This document shows positions 9,759 through 19,985 of a stretch of DNA of 59,676 nt, piece after piece (position 1 is the stretch's first letter; each line of letters opens with the position of its first letter). Origin of the DNA: an uncultured Clostridia bacterium (GTDB taxonomy: Bacteria > Bacillota > Clostridia > Oscillospirales > CAG-272). The stretch lies in contig CANQYV010000003.1 of assembly GCA_947628165.1 (NCBI GenBank), positions 1 to 59,676 of the forward strand. Direction: 5' to 3'. The translations under genes and the position numbers were made by a program. Under the pieces are notes generated by a model. That model saw nothing but the letters and a program-made list of their open reading frames with translations. It made no database searches and was not told where the DNA came from.

Positions 9759-10663
9759 AGATAAATAAGCTCCCTTTCGAGCCTGACGCCGAACTCGGCG
9801 AAAACTCTCTCCTCCACGAGCGAGACGAGCGCCTTCACGTCATTGCTCGTCGCGCTGCCCGCGTTCACTATAAAGCCCGCGTGCTTTTCGGAAACGACGG
9901 CGCCGCCTATCCGCGTGCCCTTGAGCCCGCAGTCCTCTATGAGCTTGCCGGTAAAATGGCCGGGCGCGCGCTTGAAAACGCTGCCCGCGCTCGGATATTC
10001 GAGCGGCTGCTTGTCGCGCCTTTTCGACATGAGCTCCGCCATCTTTGCCGATATCTCTCCTCCGTCGCCGGGCGTCAGCGCAAAGCGGGCGGAAAGCACC
10101 GTCATGCCGTTATGGCGCAGTATGCTGTCACGGTAGCCGAGCGAAAGCTCATCTTTCGTAAGTGTAACGGTCTCCCCCTGCTCGGGGTCCCAGCATTCCG
10201 CGTCCTTTATAATATCCCTTATCTCGGAGCCGTATGCGCCCGCGTTCATGAACACCGCGCCGCCGACGCTGCCGGGAATTCCGTATGCGAACTCAAGCCC
10301 CGAAAGCCCCGCCTTCTGCGCCGCGGACGCGCACGACGTAACGCCTCGCCCGCATTCGGCAGTCATGACGCTGCCGTCAAGCGATATGCGTGTCATCTTC
10401 TGAGTCATCACGAACACCCCGTCGTAGCCATCGTCCGGGGCGAGCACGTTCGTGCCGCAGCCGAGCGTTATGTGCCGGGCATCGCGCTCCGAAAGAAACC
10501 GCAAAAGGGCGCAGAGCGCCCTTTTGTTTTTCGGATAGACTACGGCCGCGACTTTTCCGCCCGTCCTGAAGCTCGTAAGCTCCGAGGCGGGTGCGTCGAG
10601 AGTGTATTCATAGCAGCCGCCCCCTATAAACGAGAGCAGCTCTTCCGTTTTAAGACCTGTCAA
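9755..10663 (-). CDS. murB: UDP-N-acetylenolpyruvoylglucosamine reductase
   Basis: SFRTGG, GCGTNVL, GIPGSVGGAVFMNAGAYG, QPLEYPSAGSVFK, SEKHAGF; likely TTG start at 10663 with a GGAGGA RBS, overlapping the upstream stop. Confidence 0.95.
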   Translation of the reverse strand: MTGLKTEELLSFIGGGCYEYTLDAPASELTSFRTGGKVAAVVYPKNKRALCALLRFLSERDARHITLGCGTNVLAPDDGYDGVFVMTQKMTRISLDGSVMTAECGRGVTSCASAAQKAGLSGLEFAYGIPGSVGGAVFMNAGAYGSEIRDIIKDAECWDPEQGETVTLTKDELSLGYRDSILRHNGMTVLSARFALTPGDGGEISAKMAELMSKRRDKQPLEYPSAGSVFKRAPGHFTGKLIEDCGLKGTRIGGAVVSEKHAGFIVNAGSATSNDVKALVSLVEERVFAEFGVRLERELIYL

Positions 10664-11406
10664 GCGTTTTCCTCCGTGCCGCCGCACCGCGGCTTGCATA
10701 TGTCGAGCAGCTCGTAAAGCGAGCGTATCGTATATGTCGGGCATGACGCGCCCGGTCCCTTGCCCGCCCTGTCGATAAAGCATGAATCGAGCCCGAACGC
10801 GGACGCGCCGGCAATATCGCTCGTCGGCGAGTCGCCGACGACGAGAGCGCGCGCCCTCCCTTCATCTTTTGACATCCCTATCGCCTCAAAGACGAGCTCG
10901 AAATACCGCCTCTCCGGCTTGACGGCGCCCATCGCTTCGGAGATGAACACGTCGTCGAAATACTTCGTTATCGGCGAACGCGCAAACCTGCCGCGCTGCA
11001 CGCGCGTGATGCCGTTCGTTATGATATAGAGCGACGCACGGGACGACAGCTCGCGGCACACATCCTCGGCATCGGGAAAGAGGATGCACTGGCGCGACAG
11101 CGCCTCCACATACCGCATGCACATGACGTTTGCGTCCGCCGTGTCGGCGGCGCGCACGCCGCGGCGCGACAGCGCTTCTATGAGCTTCCTGAATCTATCC
11201 ACCTTCAGCTTCTCGCGCGTAGTCTCCCCGCGTTCGAGCGCGCGCCATTCGGCGTCGTTTATGTCGTGATAGAGCGAAACGGTGTCTTTATCCGTCGGCA
11301 GACCGACCGATGCCAAAACCTCGCTGACGGCGTTTGCCTCCGAAGTATCGAAATCATAAAGCGTGCCATCCGCGTCAAACAGGACAACGTCGTAAACCTT
11401 TTTCAT
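10660..11406 (-). CDS. HAD-family hydrolase, YjjG-like nucleotidase
   Basis: DADGTLYD motif I, ITNG, KP, VVGDSPTSDIAG. Confidence 0.88.
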   Translation of the reverse strand: MKKVYDVVLFDADGTLYDFDTSEANAVSEVLASVGLPTDKDTVSLYHDINDAEWRALERGETTREKLKVDRFRKLIEALSRRGVRAADTADANVMCMRYVEALSRQCILFPDAEDVCRELSSRASLYIITNGITRVQRGRFARSPITKYFDDVFISEAMGAVKPERRYFELVFEAIGMSKDEGRARALVVGDSPTSDIAGASAFGLDSCFIDRAGKGPGASCPTYTIRSLYELLDICKPRCGGTEENA

Positions 11407-12626
11407 CTGACCGTATATCTATGATATGTTTTCTTTCCCTTTTTGATAACGACACCCGACGCGACTGCCTCTTTCGTCAGCGTCATCGCGGGGTCCGTCA
11501 CCTTTTCTCCGTCAAGGAGAACGCCGCCCTGTCCGATAAGGGTGCGCCCCTCGCGCTTTGACGGCGCGAGCCCGCCCTTTATCATCAGGTCGAGTATGCC
11601 TATTTCCCCGTCCGCGAAATCTCCGTCGGAAAGCTCCGTCGTCGGTATGTTCTGCGACTCGCCCTCGCCGCCGAAGAAGGACCTTGCCGCCGCCTGCGCG
11701 CGAGCTGCCTCATCCTCGCCGTGCACGAGCTTTGTCAGTTCATATGCGAGTATCTCCTTTGCGCGGTTGAGCTCGGAGCCCTCCCAGCCGCTCATCGCGT
11801 CTATCTCCTCGAGAGGCAGGAACGTGAGCATGCGGATGCATTTCAAAACGTCCGCGTCGGCGACGTTGCGCCAGTACTGATAGAAGTCGAACGGGCTCGT
11901 CTTGTTCGGGTCGAGCCAAACGGCGTTGCCCGCCGTTTTGCCCATCTTGTTGCCCTGAGAATCCGTCAGCAGCGTTATCGTCATCGCGTGCGCGTCCGCT
12001 CCGAGCTTGCGTCGGATGAGCTCGGTGCCGCCGAGCATATTCGACCACTGGTCGTCCCCGCCGAACTGCATGTTGCAGCCGTAATTCTTGTAGAGATAGT
12101 AGAAATCGTAGGACTGCATTATCATGTAGTTGAATTCGAGGAACGAAAGTCCCTTCTCCATCCTCTGGCGGTAGCACTCGGCGCGGAGCATATTGTTCAC
12201 CGAGAAGCACGCGCCGACCTCGCGCAGAAGCTCGATATAGTTGAGGGACAGAAGCCAGTCGGCGTTATTAACCATCGTCGCCTTGCCGGGTCCGAACTCT
12301 ATGAACCGCTCCATCTGACGGCGGAAGCACTCGGCGTTATGGTCTATGTCCTCTTTCGTGAGCATGCGGCGCATATCGCTCCTGCCGGAGGGGTCGCCTA
12401 TCATCGTCGTCCCGCCGCCGATAAGCGCGACGGGCTCGTTTCCGGCGTCCTGGAGGCGCTTCATGAGCGTCAGCGCCATGAAATGACCTGCCGTCAGGCT
12501 GTCTGCGGTGCAGTCGAAACCAATGTAGAATTTCGCCTTGCCCGAATTCACCATTTTTCTTATCTCTTCTTCGTTTGTGACCTGCGCTATAAGCCCGCGC
12601 GCCTTCAGTTCCTCGTAAATGCCCAT
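11403..12626 (-). CDS. tyrS: Tyrosine--tRNA ligase
   Basis: YIGFDCTADSLTAGH (HIGH-like), QFGGDDQWSN, KMGKT, C-terminal S4 domain. Confidence 0.97.
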   Translation of the reverse strand: MGIYEELKARGLIAQVTNEEEIRKMVNSGKAKFYIGFDCTADSLTAGHFMALTLMKRLQDAGNEPVALIGGGTTMIGDPSGRSDMRRMLTKEDIDHNAECFRRQMERFIEFGPGKATMVNNADWLLSLNYIELLREVGACFSVNNMLRAECYRQRMEKGLSFLEFNYMIMQSYDFYYLYKNYGCNMQFGGDDQWSNMLGGTELIRRKLGADAHAMTITLLTDSQGNKMGKTAGNAVWLDPNKTSPFDFYQYWRNVADADVLKCIRMLTFLPLEEIDAMSGWEGSELNRAKEILAYELTKLVHGEDEAARAQAAARSFFGGEGESQNIPTTELSDGDFADGEIGILDLMIKGGLAPSKREGRTLIGQGGVLLDGEKVTDPAMTLTKEAVASGVVIKKGKKTYHRYTVR

Positions 12627-12653
12627 TCGGCAAATGTCTCCTCTTTTTTGTTT

Positions 12654-14345
12654 TTAATTCTTATAGTCTGCGGCGCCCTCCGCGATAAGCTCGCGCGCCG
12701 CTTTTTTCTGTGTTTCCGTCACGTTTATCCCGCCTATGATGCGGGCAATCTCGTCTATTCTCGCCTCACCCGAAAGCTCCGTGACGTGCGTTTCGGTCCT
12801 GCCGTCCCGCTCCTCTTTTTCGATCAGAAGATGCGTATCCGCAAGCGCCGCTATCTGCGCCGAGTGGGTGACGCAGATTATCTGCGTTCCCCGCGCCCCG
12901 CGGCGCAGGCGCCAGCCTATCTTGCCCGACGTCGAGCCGGAAACGCCCGTGTCTATCTCGTCGTAAACAACGGTGCCCTCACCGTGCCTCTCGCGAAGGA
13001 CGCTCTTTATCGCGAGCATGATGCGCGAGAGCTCGCCGCCGCTCGCGGCGAGCGAGAGCGGCCTTACGTCCTCACCCGCGTTCGCGGAGATGAATATCTC
13101 GGCGTCCTCCGTCCCGTGAGGGGAAAGACCGCAGTCCGTAAAGCGCACCTCAGTCCTTACTTTCGGCATATCGAGTTCCGCAAGCACGGAGCAGACCTCG
13201 TCCGTCATTCTCTCGGCGGCTTTCTTTCTCGCGAGCGACAGCTCCGCGCCGCGCGCCTCCGCCTCGATTTTTGAAGCTGCGAGCCTTGCGTTCGCCTCAA
13301 GCTGCCGCTCCTCGTTGTTCTCTATCGCGTCGAGCTTTCCCGCGGCCTCCGCCCTGTGCGCGAGCACAGCGCCAATGTCGGCTCCGTACTTGCGTTCGAG
13401 ACGCCTTATTGTGTCGAGCCTGTCGTCTATCTCCGAAAGGCGCGCCGCCGGGTCGCGGTCGTCGCTGCCGCCGAGGTCGAAATCGTCGTATGTCCGCCGC
13501 GCTATGTCCTCGAGCTCATACGATATCGCGCGCAGCTTTTCGGCGTCCTCGCCCGCGCTCGACGAATACTCCGCGAGCTGCTCGAGTGCCGACGCCGCGC
13601 GCTCCGCGAGATAAGACGCGGACGCGCCCTTTTCGTTCTGATACGCGGCGCGGTAAACGAAGCTCGCGAGCTTCGTTATCTTTTCTCCCGAGCGAAGGCG
13701 GGCCTGCTCCATTTTGAGCTCCTCTTCCTCGCCCTCTCTGAGCTTCGCGGAATCTATCTCCTTGACCTGATACGAAAGAAGGTCCGCCGCGAGCGTCCCT
13801 TCGCGCGAGAGCTTCTCTATCGCCTCGGCATTCGCCTTTGCATCGGTATAAGCGGCATACGCCGCGGAATACGCGTCTGCCTTCGCTTCGTTCCCGGCGT
13901 ATGAGTCGATGAGCGCGAGCTGCGCCTCCGTCGTTTTGAGCGAAAGGCTCTCGCTCTGCCCGTTTATCGACAGAAGAACGGCCGCCGCGCGGCGCAGAGC
14001 CGCCTGCGAGACGCTCCTGCCGTTTATCTTTGCGGTGCTCTTCCCGTCGGACGCAACGGTGCGCTCCGCCTCGAGCTCCCCGTCCGAAACGGTGACGCCC
14101 GCGGCGGCGAGCGCCTCCGCCGACGCCTCGTCTATATCCGTGAACAGCGCCGTGACGGTCGCCTTATCCTCGCCCGTTCTTATGAGCTGTGGCGACGCCT
14201 TCGCCCCCATCACCATCGAGAGCGAGTCAATTATGACCGACTTGCCGGCGCCTGTCCGTCCCGTCAGCACCGTGAAGCCCTCGCCGAACGTGAGCTCGAG
14301 CGACTTTATCACGGCGACGTTTTCTATATGGAGTGATCTCAGCAT
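12654..14345 (-). CDS. recN: DNA repair protein RecN
   Basis: TGRTGAGKS Walker A, coiled coil, ASGGELSR signature, YDEIDTG, CVTHSAQIAA. Confidence 0.97.
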   Translation of the reverse strand: MLRSLHIENVAVIKSLELTFGEGFTVLTGRTGAGKSVIIDSLSMVMGAKASPQLIRTGEDKATVTALFTDIDEASAEALAAAGVTVSDGELEAERTVASDGKSTAKINGRSVSQAALRRAAAVLLSINGQSESLSLKTTEAQLALIDSYAGNEAKADAYSAAYAAYTDAKANAEAIEKLSREGTLAADLLSYQVKEIDSAKLREGEEEELKMEQARLRSGEKITKLASFVYRAAYQNEKGASASYLAERAASALEQLAEYSSSAGEDAEKLRAISYELEDIARRTYDDFDLGGSDDRDPAARLSEIDDRLDTIRRLERKYGADIGAVLAHRAEAAGKLDAIENNEERQLEANARLAASKIEAEARGAELSLARKKAAERMTDEVCSVLAELDMPKVRTEVRFTDCGLSPHGTEDAEIFISANAGEDVRPLSLAASGGELSRIMLAIKSVLRERHGEGTVVYDEIDTGVSGSTSGKIGWRLRRGARGTQIICVTHSAQIAALADTHLLIEKEERDGRTETHVTELSGEARIDEIARIIGGINVTETQKKAARELIAEGAADYKN

Positions 14346-14355
14346 ATTTTCCGTC

Positions 14356-14811
14356 TTATGAAAGCCTGATGATCTCCCGCATCCTGTTGCAGATGGCGGA
14401 AGCGTCGTCCTCGGTCCTTGCTATGACGATAACGCAGTCGTCGCCCGCTACGCATCCGAGCACCTCTCTCATCTCCATGCCGTCGATCCCCGCCGCGATC
14501 GCAGACGCCATCGACGGTATCGTCTTTATGACGATTATGTTTCCGGCGTAGTCCGCGCTCCTGACGGACGAAAGTATCGGTATGTTGAGCTTTTCCATAT
14601 TCAGCCCGCCGTCGGGCTGTGGACGGACGTATTTGTAAGTTCCCGCCCCCGTCGGCATTTTTGTCAGCTTCAGGTCACGAATGTCGCGCGATATTGTCGC
14701 CTGTGTCGCCTCGCACCCTATGAGCCGCAGCTTTTCTATCAGGTCGTCCTGCGTCTCTATGTCATACTTTTGTATGAGCTCAAGTATCCTTTCCTGCCGC
14801 TTTCCCTTCAC
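14356..14811 (-). CDS. argR: Arginine repressor
   Basis: TQATISRDI HTH, GCVAGDD. Confidence 0.95.
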   Translation of the reverse strand: MKGKRQERILELIQKYDIETQDDLIEKLRLIGCEATQATISRDIRDLKLTKMPTGAGTYKYVRPQPDGGLNMEKLNIPILSSVRSADYAGNIIVIKTIPSMASAIAAGIDGMEMREVLGCVAGDDCVIVIARTEDDASAICNRMREIIRLS

Positions 14812-14833
14812 TTCGGGTACACCACCTTTATTT

Positions 14834-15682
14834 TTATCTTCCCGTCATCTTGCTGCGGAAAACTCCCGTAAATCCGCCGCCTCTGACGCGGACGAGCTTC
14901 GTTTTCTCCTTTGATTTTCCGACCGTTATCAACGCGCCGTGAGGCAGCTCGACCGCCTCCGTGCCGTCGCGCACGAGCAGAAGCCCGCCATCGCGCCAAT
15001 CCCCGGCGCGGCAATCGATAAGGCTGTCCGCCGCGTATACGGACGGGCGCGCCATAACGGAATGGGGGCATATCGGCGTCACGCATATGCACTCGAGCGA
15101 CGGGTCTATGAGCGGCCCGCCCGCCGACATCGAATACGCCGTAGAGCCCGTCGGCGTTGCGAAAATAACGCCGTCCGCGTCGAATTTTCCGGCGTCGTCC
15201 CCTCCGCAGAAAAGCTCCACAGACGCGATTTTTGAAACGGACGTCTTTGATATGACTATGTCGTTCAGCGCGGGCTCCGTCCTGAAAACCGTTTTCCCGT
15301 CGAGCGTCACTTCGGCCTCTATCATCATGCGCTCTTCAACAGAGAAGCCATCGGTCAGGATCGGATAAAGCCGCCCGAGCTCCGCGTCGGACAGTTCGGC
15401 AAGATACCCGACCTTGCCCGTATTCACCCCGAGCACGGGAGCACCGCTTTTCCTCGCCCTCTCCGAGGCGTAAAGCACGGAGCCGTCGCCTCCGAGGGAA
15501 ATGACAAGGCACGCGTCGTCGGGGACGCCGTCCGTCACAATTACGCCCTGCCCATCGGGACAGGCGAGCCCGCGCGGTATCGCCGCCTCGTATCCGCAAT
15601 CGCGGCATATGGAGATTATGGACAAGAGCCTCTCGTCGTTATTGTTCTTTATGCCTAACGGCAATATCGACACTGTTTTCAT
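14834..15682 (-). CDS. nadK: NAD(+) kinase
   Basis: [40 protein letters not shown]. Confidence 0.95.
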   Translation of the reverse strand: MKTVSILPLGIKNNNDERLLSIISICRDCGYEAAIPRGLACPDGQGVIVTDGVPDDACLVISLGGDGSVLYASERARKSGAPVLGVNTGKVGYLAELSDAELGRLYPILTDGFSVEERMMIEAEVTLDGKTVFRTEPALNDIVISKTSVSKIASVELFCGGDDAGKFDADGVIFATPTGSTAYSMSAGGPLIDPSLECICVTPICPHSVMARPSVYAADSLIDCRAGDWRDGGLLLVRDGTEAVELPHGALITVGKSKEKTKLVRVRGGGFTGVFRSKMTGR

Positions 15683-16484
15683 TCGCTGTAAATTCTCTTA
15701 TGTCCTTTTCGCAAAATGTCTTTTTCCCGCCCCTGTCGAATACGGCAAGGTACTCGCGGTTTCCGCGCGCGCGTCTCTTCGCGTCGTTGACAGCGCCGCC
15801 TGAAACGGGAGACACCATGATGCCGCGCATATAAAGACCTTCCCTTTCGGCGGCGTTCATGACCGATATTATCGCGTCCGCCCTGTCGCGCGGAGATGAC
15901 ACGATGCCGCTGCCTTTTGAAAGCCGCGCGGGGTCAAGCTCAAACTGCGGCTTTATCAGCGTGACGAACGTCCCGCCCTCGCCGAGCAGCGAGGCGACCG
16001 ACGGCAGGATGAGCGTCTGCGAGATGAAAGACACGTCGCAGACTGCAAGCGATATCTCATCCTCTATTTCATTTCGTGACAGATATCTCGCGTTCGTGTT
16101 TTCCATAACGACGACGCGCGCGTCCTCCCTCAGCTTCGGGTGGAGCTGAGACGTACCGGAATCGACGGCGTACACCTTTACAGCACCTTTCTGCAAAAGG
16201 CAGTCGGTAAATCCGCCGGTCGAAGAACCGATATCAAGAGAAACAAGCCCCGCGGGGGAGATGCCGAAGCGTTCGAGTGCTGACGCCAGCTTCATTCCTC
16301 CGACGCTGACGAAGGGACAGACCTCGCCGACCTCTATCTTCGGCGGCGAGCTCTCGTCTATTTCGAGCGAGGGCTTGACGTCCCGCACGCCGTCGACCTT
16401 GACCGCGCCTTCCTTTATCAAAAACCGCGCGTTCGTCCTGCTCGACGCAAGACCGACCGAAAAAAGATACGAGTCGAGCCTCAT
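15639..16484 (-). CDS. tlyA: TlyA-family rRNA methyltransferase
   Basis: N-terminal S4, [32 protein letters not shown]. Confidence 0.93.
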   Translation of the reverse strand: MRLDSYLFSVGLASSRTNARFLIKEGAVKVDGVRDVKPSLEIDESSPPKIEVGEVCPFVSVGGMKLASALERFGISPAGLVSLDIGSSTGGFTDCLLQKGAVKVYAVDSGTSQLHPKLREDARVVVMENTNARYLSRNEIEDEISLAVCDVSFISQTLILPSVASLLGEGGTFVTLIKPQFELDPARLSKGSGIVSSPRDRADAIISVMNAAEREGLYMRGIMVSPVSGGAVNDAKRRARGNREYLAVFDRGGKKTFCEKDIREFTANENSVDIAVRHKEQ

Positions 16485-16486
16485 TT

Positions 16487-17506
16487 TTACGATTTTCTGT
16501 TTCTGAGATAAAGCGCGAGCTCCGAGAGGACTCCCCCGTTCGGGAGCTCGCCCGCCGCTTTGACGGCCTCTCCCGTCAGCATCGAGGCAAGCCTCTCCGC
16601 CTCGTCGATACCGACTATGTTGACGACGGACGTCTCATCCGCGCCGTCGCCGCCCGCCTCTTCGGCGTCGAGTATGTCGTCCACTATCTGGAACGCGAGT
16701 CCCATGCTGTACGCGTATCTTCTCGCCGCAGCAAACACGTCCTCGGAAATATGCCCTTTCGCGTCCGCGGCTATGATACCGAGCGTGCACGCGGCGGCGA
16801 TGAGCTCGCCCGTCTTTTTCCGCTCGGTGTCAAACACACGGTCAAGCTCTATCTTCTGCCCCTCGTAAAGAAGGTCGCAGACCTGACCGCCTATCATCCC
16901 GTCAAAGCCTGCCGAGTTCGCGAGCGCCGATACGGCGCGGACGTTTCTCTTCGCATCCGCGAACGGGTTCTCCGCCGCGAGCGCGAACGCATACGTCAGA
17001 AGCGCGTCTCCGGCAAGCAGCGCGTTCGCTTCTCCGAACGCTATGTGCGCTGACGGCTTGCCGCGTCGCTCGCTGTCGTTGTCCATCGCGGGCAGGTCGT
17101 CGTGTATGAGCGAATATGTGTGGACGCATTCGACAGCGCACGCGTAAGGTATCGCCGCCCTGACGTCCCCGCCGAGCATACGGCAGAGCTCAAGCGTCAG
17201 AAACGGGCGCACACGCTTTCCTCCGCCGAGCGTCGAATAGCGCATCACGTCGTATATGATGCCGTGCGTCGCCTCTCCCGACGGCAAAAGCTCGTTAAGG
17301 GCGTTTTCTATGAGCTCCGAATTCTCGGTGAGGAGCTCCATGAGCCTGCGCGGTCTTTGTGCCTTTGCCGTGTCGGAACCGTTTTCATCATCCGTCGTAC
17401 CGTAAGCTGATGAAAGCGCGCCGTCAATGTCGATATCGATATCGACGTCGATATCGCCTCTTTTTTCTTTCCCGATCTGTTCGCCGTTGTCTTTCAATTC
17501 TGTCAC
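16487..17506 (-). CDS. ispA: Polyprenyl (farnesyl/geranyl) diphosphate synthase with acidic N-terminal extension
   Basis: GGKRVRP, SLIHDDLPAMD..RRGKP, FQIVDDILD. Confidence 0.92.
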   Translation of the reverse strand: MTELKDNGEQIGKEKRGDIDVDIDIDIDGALSSAYGTTDDENGSDTAKAQRPRRLMELLTENSELIENALNELLPSGEATHGIIYDVMRYSTLGGGKRVRPFLTLELCRMLGGDVRAAIPYACAVECVHTYSLIHDDLPAMDNDSERRGKPSAHIAFGEANALLAGDALLTYAFALAAENPFADAKRNVRAVSALANSAGFDGMIGGQVCDLLYEGQKIELDRVFDTERKKTGELIAAACTLGIIAADAKGHISEDVFAAARRYAYSMGLAFQIVDDILDAEEAGGDGADETSVVNIVGIDEAERLASMLTGEAVKAAGELPNGGVLSELALYLRNRKS

Positions 17507-17535
17507 GTCTTTGACCGTTTACCTTTCGCCGCTGC

Positions 17536-17775
17536 TCATTTGTTCGCGCTGAAATCCGTTTCCACCGCGGAGCCGTCGGGGGAGATGACGAGCTCCTTTA
17601 TCTGCTGTTCCGCGCCGTCGAGCCTTTCGTTGCACAGCTTGACGAGGCCGACCCCCTCTTTGAAGAGCGAAAGCGCGGTGTCGAGCGGCGTTGAGCCGGA
17701 GTCGAGCGCGCGGACTATTTCTTCAAGACGTGCTATCGCCGCCTCAAAACTCATTTTCTCTTCTTCCATATCCAT
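17536..17775 (-). CDS. xseB: Exodeoxyribonuclease VII small subunit
   Basis: SFEAAIARLEEIV...LDTALSLFKEG...C; follows xseA. Confidence 0.95.
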   Translation of the reverse strand: MDMEEEKMSFEAAIARLEEIVRALDSGSTPLDTALSLFKEGVGLVKLCNERLDGAEQQIKELVISPDGSAVETDFSANK

Positions 17776-17784
17776 ATTCCTCCG

Positions 17785-19026
17785 TTATTCCTTGACGCCG
17801 TATTTTTTGATCTTTTTCACCTCGGCCGAGATCTCGCCGTCGGCGGCGCGCATCGTAAGCTCGTCTCCGACCTTCGCGTCCGAGACGCTTTTCACGACGC
17901 CCCCGCCTCCGCCGTAAACGGCGAAATATCCGCGCGAGAGCACGGAGAGCGGGTTCAGCGCGTCGAGCTTTGCCGCAGCGCCCGAAAGCGTCAGCCGCTC
18001 AGCTCCCAGCTTCGCCTTTGCTGCCGAGGTGAGCCTGTCTGTCAGACGCTCCGCCGTCATCCGCTTTTCGCCGAGTATCGCGTATGGGTCGGTAAGGCAG
18101 CGGCGCGTCGCCAGCGACTCAAGCTCGCGCCGCTTTTTGGCGGCGAGCTCCGCGAGCGTTTTTTTGTTGTGCGTTGTGATGTTCTCTATCTTCTGCCGCA
18201 GCTCCCTCTCCTCGGGAAAGACCCTCTCCGCCGCCGCTGTCGGCGTCGGAACGGACACATCCGCGACGAGGTCGCATACGGTGCTGTTTATTTCATGACC
18301 GACGGCTGAGACGACGGGCACCGCCGACACGGCGACCGCCCTTGCCAGCCCCTCGTCGTTGAACGCCCAAAGGTCCTCGACGGAGCCTCCGCCGCGCCCT
18401 ATTATAATGACGTCGACCGTGCGCGTGCTGCTGAAGTAATTGACACCGGAGGTGAGCTGAGGCGGCGCGTCAGGTCCCTGAACAAGAGAGGGATAAATTA
18501 TTATCTTCGTCATCGGGAACCTGTCCCCTGCGACGCGGATTATGTCCCGCACGGCGGCGCCGCTCGGCGAGGTTATGACGCCGACCCGCATCGGTATCTT
18601 CGGCAGCGGGCGCTTCCTGTCCGGAGATATGACGCCCTCGGCGTACAGCCGTTTTTTGAGCTGTTCGAGCGCGACGTACATCGCGCCGACGCCGTCCGGC
18701 TGTATCATGTCCGCATATATCTGATATGAGCCGCCCCTGACGTATACAGTCACCCGTCCGTGGACGATGACCTTCATCCCGTCCTCGGGCTCAAACGCGA
18801 GCCGCGAGGCGTATGAACGGAACATGACGGCGTTCACACTGCCCGTCTCGTCCTTGAGCGAGAAATAGTAGTTGCCGGTGCTCCTGTGATTTTTGAAGTT
18901 AGATATCTCGCCCTTGACGTATACGCTGCCGAACTCCGGGTTGCCGTCAAACGTCCTTTTGACGAGCTCGTTCAGCTCCGTTACCGTCATTTCCGCCGCC
19001 CCTTCGGGGAAGCCGAAGTTATTCAT
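17785..19026 (-). CDS. xseA: Exodeoxyribonuclease VII large subunit
   Basis: GEISNF..H.STG.YYFSLKD, RGGGSVEDLWAFN, SAVGHE, PTPTAAA. Confidence 0.96.
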   Translation of the reverse strand: MNNFGFPEGAAEMTVTELNELVKRTFDGNPEFGSVYVKGEISNFKNHRSTGNYYFSLKDETGSVNAVMFRSYASRLAFEPEDGMKVIVHGRVTVYVRGGSYQIYADMIQPDGVGAMYVALEQLKKRLYAEGVISPDRKRPLPKIPMRVGVITSPSGAAVRDIIRVAGDRFPMTKIIIYPSLVQGPDAPPQLTSGVNYFSSTRTVDVIIIGRGGGSVEDLWAFNDEGLARAVAVSAVPVVSAVGHEINSTVCDLVADVSVPTPTAAAERVFPEERELRQKIENITTHNKKTLAELAAKKRRELESLATRRCLTDPYAILGEKRMTAERLTDRLTSAAKAKLGAERLTLSGAAAKLDALNPLSVLSRGYFAVYGGGGGVVKSVSDAKVGDELTMRAADGEISAEVKKIKKYGVKE

Positions 19027-19985
19027 ACCGTTTTTGCCTCCTTTAAGAAAGCTCTGTATGTCAGAAGCGCGCAGCCCGCCGCGTTGTCGGCGGAAAACGC
19101 CGGTTCCGAAAAATATACCCCGTCCCTTTTCCCGAGGACACCTCTCATACGTCCACAGCTCATGACGCCGCCGGCGTATATGACCGGGATTCCGGGATAC
19201 GATGCGCGGAGCGCGTCCGTCAGTTTGTCGAGCGTCTTTGCGACATAATCGAGCGTGAACGCCGATGTGACGGCGCGGTCAGCCGTCTTTGCCCACAGCT
19301 CTGAGGCGCGGTTCTCAGCACCCGAAAGCGAGCAGTCGAGACCCTTGACGGAAACCCTGATGCCGCGCGTTTCCGGCACCCCGTCCGAGAGCGCCTCGAG
19401 CGCCGCCCCGCACGGGAAGCTCTCCCCCATAAGGACGCCAATCCTGTCAATGAGCTGACCGGCGTTAAGATCCGTAGTCCCGCCGACGCGCGCAATTCTC
19501 ATTCCCGCACAGGACGGCGTGACTAAAAGTATATCCGTCGTCCCGCCGGAAACGTGGAACGCGGCGAACGGCGATGTGCCGTCAAGAAGCTCCGTTTTTT
19601 TTGCGGAATAAAGCGCCGCCGCGATGTGCCCCTCCTGATGCGAAAAGCAAAACAGGCGCGCCCCGGACACAGCAGACGCGGCAGACGCCGCCGCGCACCC
19701 CGAAAGAAAGCACGGCATGTATGAGCTTTTTCCCGTCCTCGGCGAGCCCGAATAGCCTATGGCGTCGGGGATACTTCCGCCGAGGTCGGCACGAATGAGC
19801 TCCATTATCTCCGGCAGATTTTTTGTGTGCGCGAACACGGCGTCGCTCTGCCTGAGCCCGCGCTCCCCCTTTTTGACCGGCAGCGGCAGCTTCCTGTTCG
19901 ATACGACCTCGCCGTCGACGACAACGGCGGCAGACGTCGTGTAATTGCTCGTATCTATTCCGAGCGCGATCACTCCGTTTTTCAT
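19023..19985 (-). CDS. TsaD/Kae1-like (M22/ASKHA) paralog of unknown function
   Basis: GIDTSNYTTS, HQEGH, HVSGGTT, GQLIDRIG, AGGVMS, DNAAG. Confidence 0.8.
   Translation of the reverse strand: MKNGVIALGIDTSNYTTSAAVVVDGEVVSNRKLPLPVKKGERGLRQSDAVFAHTKNLPEIMELIRADLGGSIPDAIGYSGSPRTGKSSYMPCFLSGCAAASAASAVSGARLFCFSHQEGHIAAALYSAKKTELLDGTSPFAAFHVSGGTTDILLVTPSCAGMRIARVGGTTDLNAGQLIDRIGVLMGESFPCGAALEALSDGVPETRGIRVSVKGLDCSLSGAENRASELWAKTADRAVTSAFTLDYVAKTLDKLTDALRASYPGIPVIYAGGVMSCGRMRGVLGKRDGVYFSEPAFSADNAAGCALLTYRAFLKEAKTV

Noticed and set aside
12626-12654. T-box riboswitch upstream of tyrS
   Set aside because: Only 27 nt separate recN and tyrS.
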